Positions 1 through 9,186 of a stretch of DNA of 64,000 bases are shown in pieces. The stretch lies in NCBI GenBank assembly GCA_049512075.1, contig JBEKXL010000013.1, positions 1 through 64,000 of the forward strand, read 5' to 3'. The position numbers and the translations under genes were made by a program. Position 1 is the first letter of the stretch; each line of letters starts with the position of its first letter. The notes under the pieces are model-generated. The model was not told where the DNA came from. It saw only the letters and a list, made by a program, of their open reading frames with translations, and did not search any database. Origin of the DNA: Candidatus Bathyarchaeia archaeon. GTDB lineage: Archaea; Thermoproteota; Bathyarchaeia; Bathyarchaeales; Bathycorpusculaceae.

Positions 1-434
1 TACCGTGAAAATGATAGCAATGTTTACATCTAAGATTACAGTTGTCCGTCACATCAACTTCTGCAAAATACTTCACTTTAAATATAATCCTCTTTAGTTC
101 AAGCCAAAAAAGATACAACAATACACGCGCGTATTCTCCCATGATAGAATTATTACAAAGAAAGCGCTAGTTAAATGCTTCATAGATTCTAGCGCGAGCT
201 CAGGGTAGGGTGATTATCAGGAGCATGATTCAGCTGAGTGTAGGAAGAGGGAGGTAAAGTTTTGTCCAACCAAACCAAACCTGACGACGTGCTACGTGGA
301 AATAGAGTGGGTTATTGAGAGACAGTATACACGGTTCAGCTATGCTAGGTTTGTGGTAATGGAAAGAGAGGTATAGTAGAAATCAGGTCATAATAGGGTA
401 CGTATATAGGGGTTATCGGAATCGAGTATACGGC

Positions 435-982
435 CTATGAACTGGAACGCTGAACAGTTAGCAAAACCATTAGGGCGATTATGTCAAGAACAATCAATAG
501 CTTAAGCAACATCACTGCGTTTCGGTAAAACCTGTATTTGGCTCTCACGATCTTCAGTTCAGCATTTACAGCTCTTTGGTAGTTGTCAAAGATATCCTGG
601 CTTGTGAAGCTTTGGAAGCATTTCTTGAATTCCTCGTCGTTTTTCAACATTCGTTCGATGTTCGGGTTGTGTTCAGGCCAGAAGAGATATTTCTCACACG
701 CAAGTTGTTCAGGGCTGCACGCCCCCAAAAGAAGTAACGGCTGGGGCGAATCGTTTGAAGGAATAGCAGGCAACTGCTCAAAGAGAGAATAGTGTGTACA
801 CCCAAAAAAACGTACCTGCCAGTATTGAAAAAAAACTCCCTAGTAATGTATCCATAAGCTACGAGCAACCCGATAACTAACGCCAGAAAAATGTTCGACC
901 TGTTACCTACCATCTGCACCCGATTTTCTAGGTAAGATAAAACATTTTGAAAGAACTCAGTATTTTCCACCTGCAACCCCAA
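435..982 (-). pseudogene. Frameshifted Pycsar-effector-like (DUF5706/PycTM-like) membrane protein
   Basis: ORF 644-982 (…NRSNIFLAL…TM…LFLQTIRP) and ORF 435-773 (YLFW…F…L.IVRAKY…NAVMLL-TM) join into one DUF5706-like 3-TM protein. The frame changes near a TTTTGGGGG run at 722-730. Confidence 0.55.
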
Positions 983-1156
983 AAACTAACTATTCCTATT
1001 TTGAATTAAAGCCTTGCACGCGCTGATGCACATCTTGTGTACGACAAGGACCATCTATCAGATCAAGTGTTTGACACCTTAAAGTCAGATTCATAGCGCG
1101 CGCGTGATAAACAACACTTTTAAGTTATTTGATGCTAATTAAGAAAGCAATTCTGA

Positions 1157-1672
1157 GTGGTTGAAACCATGAAAATGAGAATGATAAAACTACGCCCTGA
1201 ATTCCTCATAGAAAAACTGCAAGGAAAAGTATCATCTTTCACTTCCAACCTGCCAGACGATATAGAACTTTTAGATGTTAAGTACGACTTGTTTTCCAAG
1301 CAAGTATCGGCAATCATAAGAAGCGACAGTTTTGAAGACGTTGCAGAATCCTATCCAATTCCCGAATTCAATATAATCTACACGACAAACCCCAAAGCCG
1401 AATCTCAGCCCACAACAAACTCCAAACCTGAATCTAAGCCCACAGAGAAAACGCCGGTTCAGCCAAGTCAAGACACAAGCGCAGTAGAAAAAGAATTCAG
1501 CCCAGAGCAGCGCAAGTTGTTAAGTTTCACCGCAGACGGAGAATACGTCATAATAAAGCCAAATCAATACTTGAAGAATGAGTGGGATGAAATTAACGAT
1601 ACTGTGAGAAGTTTAGGTGGTAAATGGACGAAAGGCGACAGCTTCAGCTATTGGGCAATTCGACGAACCTAG
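1157..1672 (+). CDS. Hypothetical protein with Pro/Thr/Ser/Glu-rich linker
   Basis: 171-aa ORF with natural composition and two globular parts separated by a PKAESQPTTNSKPESKP linker; TTTTAA box upstream. Confidence 0.7.
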   Translation: MVETMKMRMIKLRPEFLIEKLQGKVSSFTSNLPDDIELLDVKYDLFSKQVSAIIRSDSFEDVAESYPIPEFNIIYTTNPKAESQPTTNSKPESKPTEKTPVQPSQDTSAVEKEFSPEQRKLLSFTADGEYVIIKPNQYLKNEWDEINDTVRSLGGKWTKGDSFSYWAIRRT

Positions 1673-1731
1673 CGAGCATAAAGCAAAGTACCCAAAGACT
1701 AGTTTCTTAGCGCGCGCGAGGTCATAAGAAT

Positions 1732-1968
1732 ATGAGGTATGCACTTGAACCCAGAGGACTAGAAAGAGTGATTGGAAACTACAAGGCGGATCCAGTGACA
1801 AACTTCATACTTCCAGGCACTTACAAGATTGGAGATTCTTATGAAGTGTTCAAGAAAAAAGCAATGAAAAAACTCGAAGAGCTTCATGAAGGAGAACTGC
1901 GACAGCACTACGGAGAAGCAAAAGGATACGCTGAGAAAATAGCAAAAGGAAACGATTCAGTTTGTTGA
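1732..1968 (+). CDS. Hypothetical protein, possibly a 5'-truncated fragment
   Basis: 78-aa ORF; the frame stays open back to the (CG)n tract at 1710-1718. Confidence 0.35.
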   Translation: MRYALEPRGLERVIGNYKADPVTNFILPGTYKIGDSYEVFKKKAMKKLEELHEGELRQHYGEAKGYAEKIAKGNDSVC

Positions 1969-1983
1969 AATGTTAGGCGCGAA

Positions 1984-2051
1984 GCATAATGCATTCAGAG
2001 TATCGTTAATAAGTCTTAAGGCACAACAACACATTTAACGTCACACTGTTG
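1984..2051 (+). repeat. 68-bp dispersed repeat (copy 1; copy 2 at 47733-47800)
   Basis: GCATAATGCATTCASAGTATCGTTAATAAGT…CATTTAA..GNCACAYTGTTG is shared by both loci. Confidence 0.75.
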
Positions 2052-2096
2052 ATTTGGAAAACAAGAGAACGCGTGCCAGTTCGGAAAAAGGAAGAG

Positions 2097-2226
2097 TTAT
2101 GGATTGTGTTGCCCGTAGTGCATGGCCATTGTAACGAGGTTTGTGAGACTGATTATTCCGTATGGTGGAGCTATATCTGCCAACGGATTCCAGTCTGGAT
2201 TCCCAGGCTTTGAATTGTAGGCTGAA
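2097..2226 (-). pseudogene. C-terminal dockerin/EF-hand-like remnant of a surface protein
   Basis: Reads SAYNSKPGNPDWNPLADIAPPYGIISLTNLVTMAMHYGQHNP*, has no start codon and begins exactly at the (CG)n tract 2227-2234. Confidence 0.7.
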
Positions 2227-2363
2227 GCGCGCGCTTGTCCTGCTGGGACACGCGCTAATCGTTCCGTACCCTCCGAGTAATTACATATACACTCGATGTT
2301 ATGCCGTTTAACCTCACACTTACACTTGAAAACGCGCGCTGTAGGGTGGCTTTGGTTTACAGC

Positions 2364-3164
2364 CTATACAGTGAAGTCGATTGTCACCGTATGGTCTGCG
2401 TCTAAGCCGCTGAAGTTGTAAGTATTGCCATTTATTGTGATGGTTCCACTATAAACGCCATAGTTTGGACCGCCAGTCTGAGTAACAGCGAATATAAGGT
2501 AGTGTGCTCCGCCTGCTAAATTCCATTGGAAGGTCATGGTATCACCGCTGTAATGAGCTTCGTCAACGTCAGAGCCAACATGGTCGCCTCCAGGGGCAAA
2601 GGGAGGCATCGGTCGGTCAAACACTACATCCCAAGTCCTAGGATAACCATCGTTAGGATCACTGGCATAGATTTGAACGGTTGTTACCGTGGGGCCCGTG
2701 GGGCTGCCTGTGATTTGTATCGTAAATCCGTGGGAACCAAGGCTCGCTGTTTGATTTATGGTTAATGTTATCGTGATTGGATACAATTGACCCACGCCCA
2801 AGTCTCCAGACGCGGGCATGTTCCATGAAATCGTTCCAATGGGACCTAAGTCTGAAGATGCTATCGAGAATGTATGAAGGTCGACGTTACCAGTATTATT
2901 CAGATATCCCATCCAAGTTCCTGTCTCACCTTGGGGAATATTTTCAAATGATATAGATGTTATGACGGTTGAATTGTCAGAAGCGATTAATTGCAATGCT
3001 GGATCTGCGCTAACTACAGCAACATTTGAAGGAATATTCAGAACATAATTTGTTACGGCGGCGTATCCGATTACTGATGTTATCGCGATAATTGCCAACG
3101 CTATGAACCAAAATCGTTTGCTTATCACCTTTTCCTTAAAGATCGTTTTTTCACCTCCCCCCAT
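2364..3164 (-). CDS. Secreted/cell-surface beta-rich protein
   Basis: N-terminal KR + hydrophobic signal (KRFWFIALAIIAITSVIGYAA) and Thr/Ser/Gly/Asn-rich Ig-like body; start uncertain. Confidence 0.75.
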   Translation of the reverse strand: MGGGEKTIFKEKVISKRFWFIALAIIAITSVIGYAAVTNYVLNIPSNVAVVSADPALQLIASDNSTVITSISFENIPQGETGTWMGYLNNTGNVDLHTFSIASSDLGPIGTISWNMPASGDLGVGQLYPITITLTINQTASLGSHGFTIQITGSPTGPTVTTVQIYASDPNDGYPRTWDVVFDRPMPPFAPGGDHVGSDVDEAHYSGDTMTFQWNLAGGAHYLIFAVTQTGGPNYGVYSGTITINGNTYNFSGLDADHTVTIDFTV

Positions 3165-3505
3165 TCTGTCCCGAAATCTGGTAGAGCTGGAATTGATTCG
3201 GCTAGGCCACAAATAAAATAAAGTTCTGAGCAACATATAAAGTTTGTGACATCCAGTATGTTACGATTGCTTCAACTTTCGGATGCCAGAGGGGTAGAAT
3301 CGACGGAAAAATTGCCGGCAGATGCCAATTCAGACATTTCCTTTTCTTCACATTCAAAAGTAGTAAGGCATTATAAATCCTATGCTAAAGTTGTCTGTTT
3401 CGTTTTGTTAGACTCATAATGACAAAAGACAAACGCATACACAACAGATAAAAAGCCTTTCACGTGTTTATAGAAGAAAGAAACAATGAAGAAAGGGACT
3501 CCAAT

Positions 3506-3958
3506 ATGAAACTTGATATCGGGTGTGGTGGTAACAAGAAGCCAGGTTTCTCGGGCGTCGATATCAATCCCGGTGAACAAGTTGATTTCGTAATGGACGT
3601 GCAAAAACTGGAATTCGAAGAAAATAGTATCGATGAAATCTTCTCACGCAGATGCATCCAGCACGTGGAAGACGATAAGAAAGCCTTGAGTGAGATTTTT
3701 AGAGTTTTGAAACCCAATGGCATCTTTACGCTTGAGATTGCATCTTGGTATGGCTGGTTGTACTATCGCCTGCATTTGTCCTCTTCCTACGGCAACTACA
3801 AGATTTTCCACTTGTATCGAGACTCGAAAATCAAGAAAAAGTTGGAAGAAGCTGGATTCACAATTCAGAATCTGCATCATATCCATGGTCCTAGAGGAAT
3901 GGGATACGACATTCAGGTTATTAGTAAAAAAGAAGCCGCGAATAAGAAACCAACCTGA
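3506..3958 (+). CDS. Class I SAM-dependent methyltransferase (type 11)
   Basis: LDIGCG motif I, GVDI, EIFRVLKPNG. Confidence 0.85.
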   Translation: MKLDIGCGGNKKPGFSGVDINPGEQVDFVMDVQKLEFEENSIDEIFSRRCIQHVEDDKKALSEIFRVLKPNGIFTLEIASWYGWLYYRLHLSSSYGNYKIFHLYRDSKIKKKLEEAGFTIQNLHHIHGPRGMGYDIQVISKKEAANKKPT

Positions 3959-5069
3959 AAACTGCCGTATTTTTGATACCAAGTTCAATATGCCCCTATT
4001 CAAAAGGCTGATTCGACCAAACCACTAATTTCAGAAGTTACAGCGTCAAATCCATGGGAAACCGCTTTGATTCTGTTGCCCAGGTTTGTAATCGGTTTGG
4101 CGAAGTCATCGAGTTTTGGCTGCGCAACGGCAAAACAATCTGACTTTAGACGGTTAGCGTCGCCAAAAAGAGCCGAGATTTCGAGACTAAAACAGATCCA
4201 TCTCCACACGTCCGCGATCGGAAAGCTAAAGGTGGAGCAAAAGCTAACAAGAGACATTAAGCCCGTCCAGCAAATAGCGCGCGCGCTACGTTCCCATTCT
4301 TGCAAGGGCTTCCAACAATGCCACTGGCCTTCACATCAATTACCAATCGCAACTCGTCTGAATGATTAAAGAAAAGGCTTTTGTTTATACTATGTTGTCT
4401 GATGACTCACTGGCGAGTATTGGTTTGGGGCAAAGCTTTATCGACTCTGTTTTCGATCTCTGGACAAGCATCACATTTTCGGCGGGAACACTTTCTCATT
4501 AGACCTCACACTGGCTAAAATGGGTGCAGCGGCACATGTTGGTAGTGACTCGATACACAATTTTAACTCGGATTGCGGTGATTGTTCATTGGAACTGCGC
4601 TTCAAAAAGAGACAAAAAAGATAGGACTCTACTATTATCTCATTTCGTGCGCTTTAGACCGACACGCCCAAGTTTCGATTCGTCTCATTCGTTCTTCAAT
4701 TTCCTTCGCATTTTGCATGTTTTTCACCTCTGTTTGTTTCTTAGCAGACATGCCAAAAGCAAAAACGGAATAATCCGGTTTCACGAGTTCATGGGCAAAA
4801 ATCTTGCTTACTCCAACAGAGTCAGGAACGCAGCATATTAACTTACTGGATTCAAAATCAGTATTGAGTGCTTGCGAGTTACATCGTATTCGCATGGGAG
4901 CTATTTTGCTTCTTCTCAGTTCTAGCGCTTTGATTAGAGGTAAAAAGAAGCTTGCCAAAGTGTAGCGCGCGTCGGGTGTCCTTCTATTTTCGTTTTCTAG
5001 GAGGCATGACATTCTCATAATTGCATTGCTCGCTTTGGACGTTGGAATGAGAGCTTGACGTCAGAGACA

Positions 5070-5375
5070 TCACATCGTAAGGTATCCTTTCAGCCTCAAC
5101 TGTTCAGTCTGGTTCTTCCTGTACCGCCAGAATATGTCGCTTCGGGTGTCTGACTGGAAATCCCAAGGAGAGACCAACACGATGTCTCCGTCTCTTATCC
5201 ACACTCGCCTCTTCAACTTGCCCCGCACTCTGCACAATCGTTCCTTGCCATCTTGACACTTGACCATGATTCTGTCAAACCCAAGCATTTTGACTGCTAT
5301 ACCCAGTACGTCGTTTTTGCTTGGGAACAACATGTTCTCCAAATTCTCCTCGTTAAGGATCTTTCTCTTACCCAA
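5070..5375 (-). CDS. eif1a: Translation initiation factor aIF-1A
   Basis: VKCQDGKERLCRVRGKLKRRVWIRDGDIVLVSPWDFQ signature; TTG start after GGTGA. Confidence 0.95.
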   Translation of the reverse strand: MGKRKILNEENLENMLFPSKNDVLGIAVKMLGFDRIMVKCQDGKERLCRVRGKLKRRVWIRDGDIVLVSPWDFQSDTRSDIFWRYRKNQTEQLRLKGYLTM

Positions 5376-5708
5376 TTTTTCTTCACCCCCAAACCAATAG
5401 AACCAATCACCTGATGTTCGCACCAGTCAGAACAATCAGAGAAAAAGCGAAACACTCTACCGATGAACTCTTCCTCTAAAGAATCCCAACTACTGCCAAT
5501 GGATACGTCACCGTGTATATAGGTCTAGTGCATGCAGAACACGCTTTTCCAAGCAAACTCCAGCACTTGCAAACATCCCAACGGCCTCCCCAGCCCTGAG
5601 CACCGACAACACACCCGTCTGCTTCTTCAACGTCTGTCAAACACACCGCAACATTACAACCGATGTGTGCAAAAAGAAAGGGAGCCAACTCTAAAAAAAG
5701 GAACTTGC

Positions 5709-6185
5709 GTCCGTTTCTCCATGACTTGTTACCACGCAACATTACCACGGTTGTTACCGAGAAAGACAGAGGTCGACTCTGAAAGAATGGAATTTCACAG
5801 AGTTTCTCCATGAATTGTTACCACACAACATTACCTCTGTTGTTGCCAACGAAGACCGGGGGGTCGCACAAAACAACATTGCCACAGATTACAGTTACGG
5901 ATTACCTCTGATGCAAGTAGAAGAGGGAGGGAAGCTCAACAGGCGGCCCCCCGACCGTCTCTCTCTGCCTCTGCATGTACCCGTCTGAGGTGCTACGGCA
6001 TCGAAATGTTACAATTCACATTACATCTGACGTTACAAATAAACGGAACGAGTTAGCTCTGAACGGAGGTCCAGGCCTGTTTTCTTCATGGTTTATTACA
6101 ATCCACATTACTTCTGACATTACAAACAAAAAAGGTGGGTCGACTTTCGCAGGCGCTTCTCGCCGAAGCTCAGCGTCACACTCCT
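5709..6185 (+). repeat. Dispersed non-coding element with degenerate TTACA-triplet units (copy 1, about 5 units)
   Basis: Cores ATTAC(A/C/T)…TG at 5741, 5830, 5901, 6020, 6107; homologous to 8811-8966 and to 29081-29342 (reverse). Confidence 0.85.
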
Positions 6186-6303
6186 TCGACACCAACCGTT
6201 TGGGAGAGGAAAGAAATGCAATGAACTTGCCCCTTCAGGAGATGCCACGGAAAGGTTTAGAACCGAGCGCCAAGATAAACAGAGGCAGGACGTGAAAACG
6301 CGT

Positions 6304-7203
6304 ATGAGCAACCATGAACTCTTCGTTTCACAATCAAACGTCTTCAGCGGCTTTCAAAAACCGTTCGAAAAAGCAAGCTACATAATCTTGGGCGTTCCGT
6401 TCGACGTCACCAGCACCTACCGCACGGGAGCACGGTTCGGTCCCAACGCGATTAGACAAGCATCACTCAACATCGAAACCTACAGCATGCGCACAGGAAT
6501 AGACGTTGAAGACCTATCTTTGCATGATTTGGGCGACCTGCACGTCTCCGCGAACACCGAAAAGACCTTGCAAACCCTGGAACGCGTCGTCAAGAGCATC
6601 GTTGAAAATCGAAAGACGCCCGTAACCATCGGCGGAGAACACACGATAACCCTCGGCATCGCAAGAAGCCTCAGAGACAAAGCCTCGGAAACGGCGATAG
6701 TCAGTTTCGACGCACACCTCGACCTGCGCAACGAGTTCCTAGGCCTGAAACTCTCCCACACAACCTTCATGCGCAGAATAAACGAAGAAATAAAACCAGC
6801 AAAAATCATAGAAGTCGGCACAAGAGCAGTCTGCAAGGAAGAACTGGCATACGCAAAGAAGGCAGGAATAGAGTCTCTCACAACCCAACAAATAAGAAAA
6901 CAGGGAAGCCAACGAAGCGCCAACAGGCTGAAGAAAATGCTCGACGGATACAAGAGCATCTACCTGTCAGTCGACATGGACATCCTCGATCCCGCCTACG
7001 TTCCCGCAGCTCAAAACCCCGAAGCAGACGGACTTGAAACAGGCGTTCTACTCGACATGCTGGAGAGCGTGTGCGACAGACGCATGGTAGGCTTCGACGT
7101 CCTCGAAATCGCCCCAAACTATGATCAAGGCGTTTCAACCATTCAGGCTGCAAAGGTGATCTTCGAATTGCTGTGCTTCATTGAGAAATCAAGAGAACAA
7201 TAG
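6304..7203 (+). CDS. speB: Agmatinase
   Basis: GGEH, DAHLD, DMDILDP ureohydrolase metal motifs; GARFGP. Confidence 0.9.
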   Translation: MSNHELFVSQSNVFSGFQKPFEKASYIILGVPFDVTSTYRTGARFGPNAIRQASLNIETYSMRTGIDVEDLSLHDLGDLHVSANTEKTLQTLERVVKSIVENRKTPVTIGGEHTITLGIARSLRDKASETAIVSFDAHLDLRNEFLGLKLSHTTFMRRINEEIKPAKIIEVGTRAVCKEELAYAKKAGIESLTTQQIRKQGSQRSANRLKKMLDGYKSIYLSVDMDILDPAYVPAAQNPEADGLETGVLLDMLESVCDRRMVGFDVLEIAPNYDQGVSTIQAAKVIFELLCFIEKSREQ

Positions 7204-7251
7204 CTCAGAATGAAGCCGCTGCAAGAACATTATGATGGAGGAGCTGAAGCT

Positions 7252-8616
7252 TCAAGTACTTTCCATGTCCTTGCTCTTCAACATTTTTGCGATGAAGACG
7301 CCATTGCAACGATGCAAGTGAGGATAAAGCCGTTGACACTTATCCAACCCCCTCAACCCTGGCAAACCAATCTTCGGCGTTATTTCAGTCAGCAAAAACT
7401 CTGGATGCCATTTCGTAAACCGTTCAACCAGCATCTCATTCTCTTGAACGGTTATGCTGCACGTAGAATAAACCAGCGTTCCTCCCGGCTTCACGTATTC
7501 TGAACAGTTATTCAACATTTGCCACTGAATCTCAGCCATCTTCTCAATAGAACTCGGCGCAAGCCTCCACTTGGCCGCCGGATTCTTCGCAAAAGTGCCC
7601 GTGCCCGTACACGGAGGATCCAAAACCAACAAGTCAGCCTTCGCATCCAAAGGCAAATGGAAGCGTGCATCAGCAATTATCGGCTCGGCAATTCCAACGC
7701 CGGCATTACTGATTTCATTCTTCCATGTGGCCATCCTACGCTTTGAATAGTCCAGGCTGATGATTTCACCCTTGTTCTGCATCAGCTGGGCGAGGAATGA
7801 GGTCTTCGCTCCGGGCGCCGCACAGATGTCAAGAACAGTCATGTCACCTGTAGGGTTCCCTGCTTCTACTGCTAAACAGCTTGCTTTATCCTGCACGTAG
7901 AGTAAACCTTCTTTGAAACTTGCCGTTCTGGTTACAGGCTGAGGAGTGGCTGTAACCTCGTATGTATATCTCAACCCGTTGACTTTCTCAACACTAACCC
8001 CGTCTCTGCAGAGCCTCTGCAGAATTTCGACCTCATCGGTCTTAAGGGTGTTTAATCTCACGTAGGCCGGAGGTGGCTTTATGTCCGCCTGTAGCATGTC
8101 AACAGTCTCGCCTCTGCCGAAGAGCCCTATGCAGTATCTCACAAACCACGATGGGTGAAAAGTCCGAAGTCCGATTAGCTGCTCGTCGGTTCCACCCTCA
8201 AACACCGATGCTGCCTCTTGCGTTAGCAGCATGCCCAGAATCGGTTCGACCGGCTGCAGAGTCTTCCATCCCAAGATAGAGCGACCAAGCTTCACTACAT
8301 TCTCAGCTTCGTCAAAATCTGCTCTGGACCAGTTCTTGGCAATTCGAGTCTGGTAGACGTAAAGCCTTAAGAATGCCCGAGTTCCAAAGTCGAATTCGCT
8401 CAAAGAATCTGGCTTCATGGCGTTGTCAATGAACTTGTCTATGAAGTTCTTCCGTCTCACAGTCTCAGAAACGAGCAGGTGAGCCATCCTCACAACGTTG
8501 TAATCAGTAACCCCCAACTGTTTAACAGTCCTCGCCAAAGCCAACGGCTCGCTTAACCTTCGCATTTCCATCCAGCTTAGGGTCTCGATCGAAAGTGTCC
8601 AAGCTTCCTTAAGCAC
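7252..8616 (-). CDS. RsmB/NOP2 (Fmu) family RNA m5C methyltransferase
   Basis: QDKAS, DICAAPGAKT, LDPPCTGTG, YSTCS motifs; NusB-like N-terminus. Confidence 0.92.
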   Translation of the reverse strand: MLKEAWTLSIETLSWMEMRRLSEPLALARTVKQLGVTDYNVVRMAHLLVSETVRRKNFIDKFIDNAMKPDSLSEFDFGTRAFLRLYVYQTRIAKNWSRADFDEAENVVKLGRSILGWKTLQPVEPILGMLLTQEAASVFEGGTDEQLIGLRTFHPSWFVRYCIGLFGRGETVDMLQADIKPPPAYVRLNTLKTDEVEILQRLCRDGVSVEKVNGLRYTYEVTATPQPVTRTASFKEGLLYVQDKASCLAVEAGNPTGDMTVLDICAAPGAKTSFLAQLMQNKGEIISLDYSKRRMATWKNEISNAGVGIAEPIIADARFHLPLDAKADLLVLDPPCTGTGTFAKNPAAKWRLAPSSIEKMAEIQWQMLNNCSEYVKPGGTLVYSTCSITVQENEMLVERFTKWHPEFLLTEITPKIGLPGLRGLDKCQRLYPHLHRCNGVFIAKMLKSKDMEST

Positions 8617-8739
8617 AGCTTCTGCAGCATCTCCTTAAACATCAAGAATGAAGCGGGTGAGAATTAAAGGCATTCCGTATTCAGCGTGTGCCCCGTCCGA
8701 GCGGCTTGTTCAGAAGAAGGAATAAATACTGGCGCGCGC

Positions 8740-8810
8740 GACGTAGACGGCAACGGCGAAGTGAGCCTGCCAGACCTGACCATTCTGGCTTTTTACCACG
8801 GACAACACTG
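8740..8810 (+). pseudogene. C-terminal dockerin/EF-hand-like remnant
   Basis: DVDGNGEVSLPDLTILAFYHGQH starts exactly at the (CG)n tract 8732-8740. Confidence 0.65.
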
Positions 8811-8966
8811 CCTACAATCCCTGACTAATACATTGAAAATTACATCTGACATTACAAACGAAAGGGCTGAGTCCACTCTGAACGGTAGTCCAGCCTGATT
8901 TTCTTCATGGTTTGTAACAATACACATTACATCTGACATTACAAGTGAAAAAGGGGAGCGACTTTG
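8811..8966 (+). repeat. TTACA-triplet dispersed element (copy 2, 2 units 87 bp apart)
   Basis: About 90% identical (by eye) to the reverse complement of 29116-29271. Confidence 0.9.
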
Positions 8967-9186
8967 CTGGACCATGATGCAAAAGGTGTTTCAGCACACT
9001 TGGATTAGCAGCGCGCGCAGGAGTAGGGTATGTCAGCAAACACAAGCTGAAAACTGTGGAGCCTCGAATTTGCAGATGTTGGTTAACGCGCACCTCAGAG
9101 TCAGAAGGCTACAACAATGTTTTCCTGCCCAGAGGACAAGAGATTTTAGGTTTCAAACGCATAAAGCTAACAGGGTCAAAACTCAG

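Noticed and set aside
3960-5060. Several overlapping 60-127-aa ORFs
   Set aside because: No recognisable motifs and the region contains two (CG)n junctions; probably decayed DNA.
5709-6185. TTACA-unit array as a CRISPR array
   Set aside because: Units are degenerate and unevenly spaced, the would-be spacers are conserved between loci, and no cas genes are present.
5975-6295. ORF with repeated TIHITSD.TN peptide
   Set aside because: It is a translation of the non-coding repeat; the homologous copy at 8811-8966 has a stop in this frame.
8974-9186. 71-aa N-terminal extension of PolB1
   Set aside because: It crosses a (CG)n tract and has no polymerase-like character; ATG 9187 is the more plausible start.
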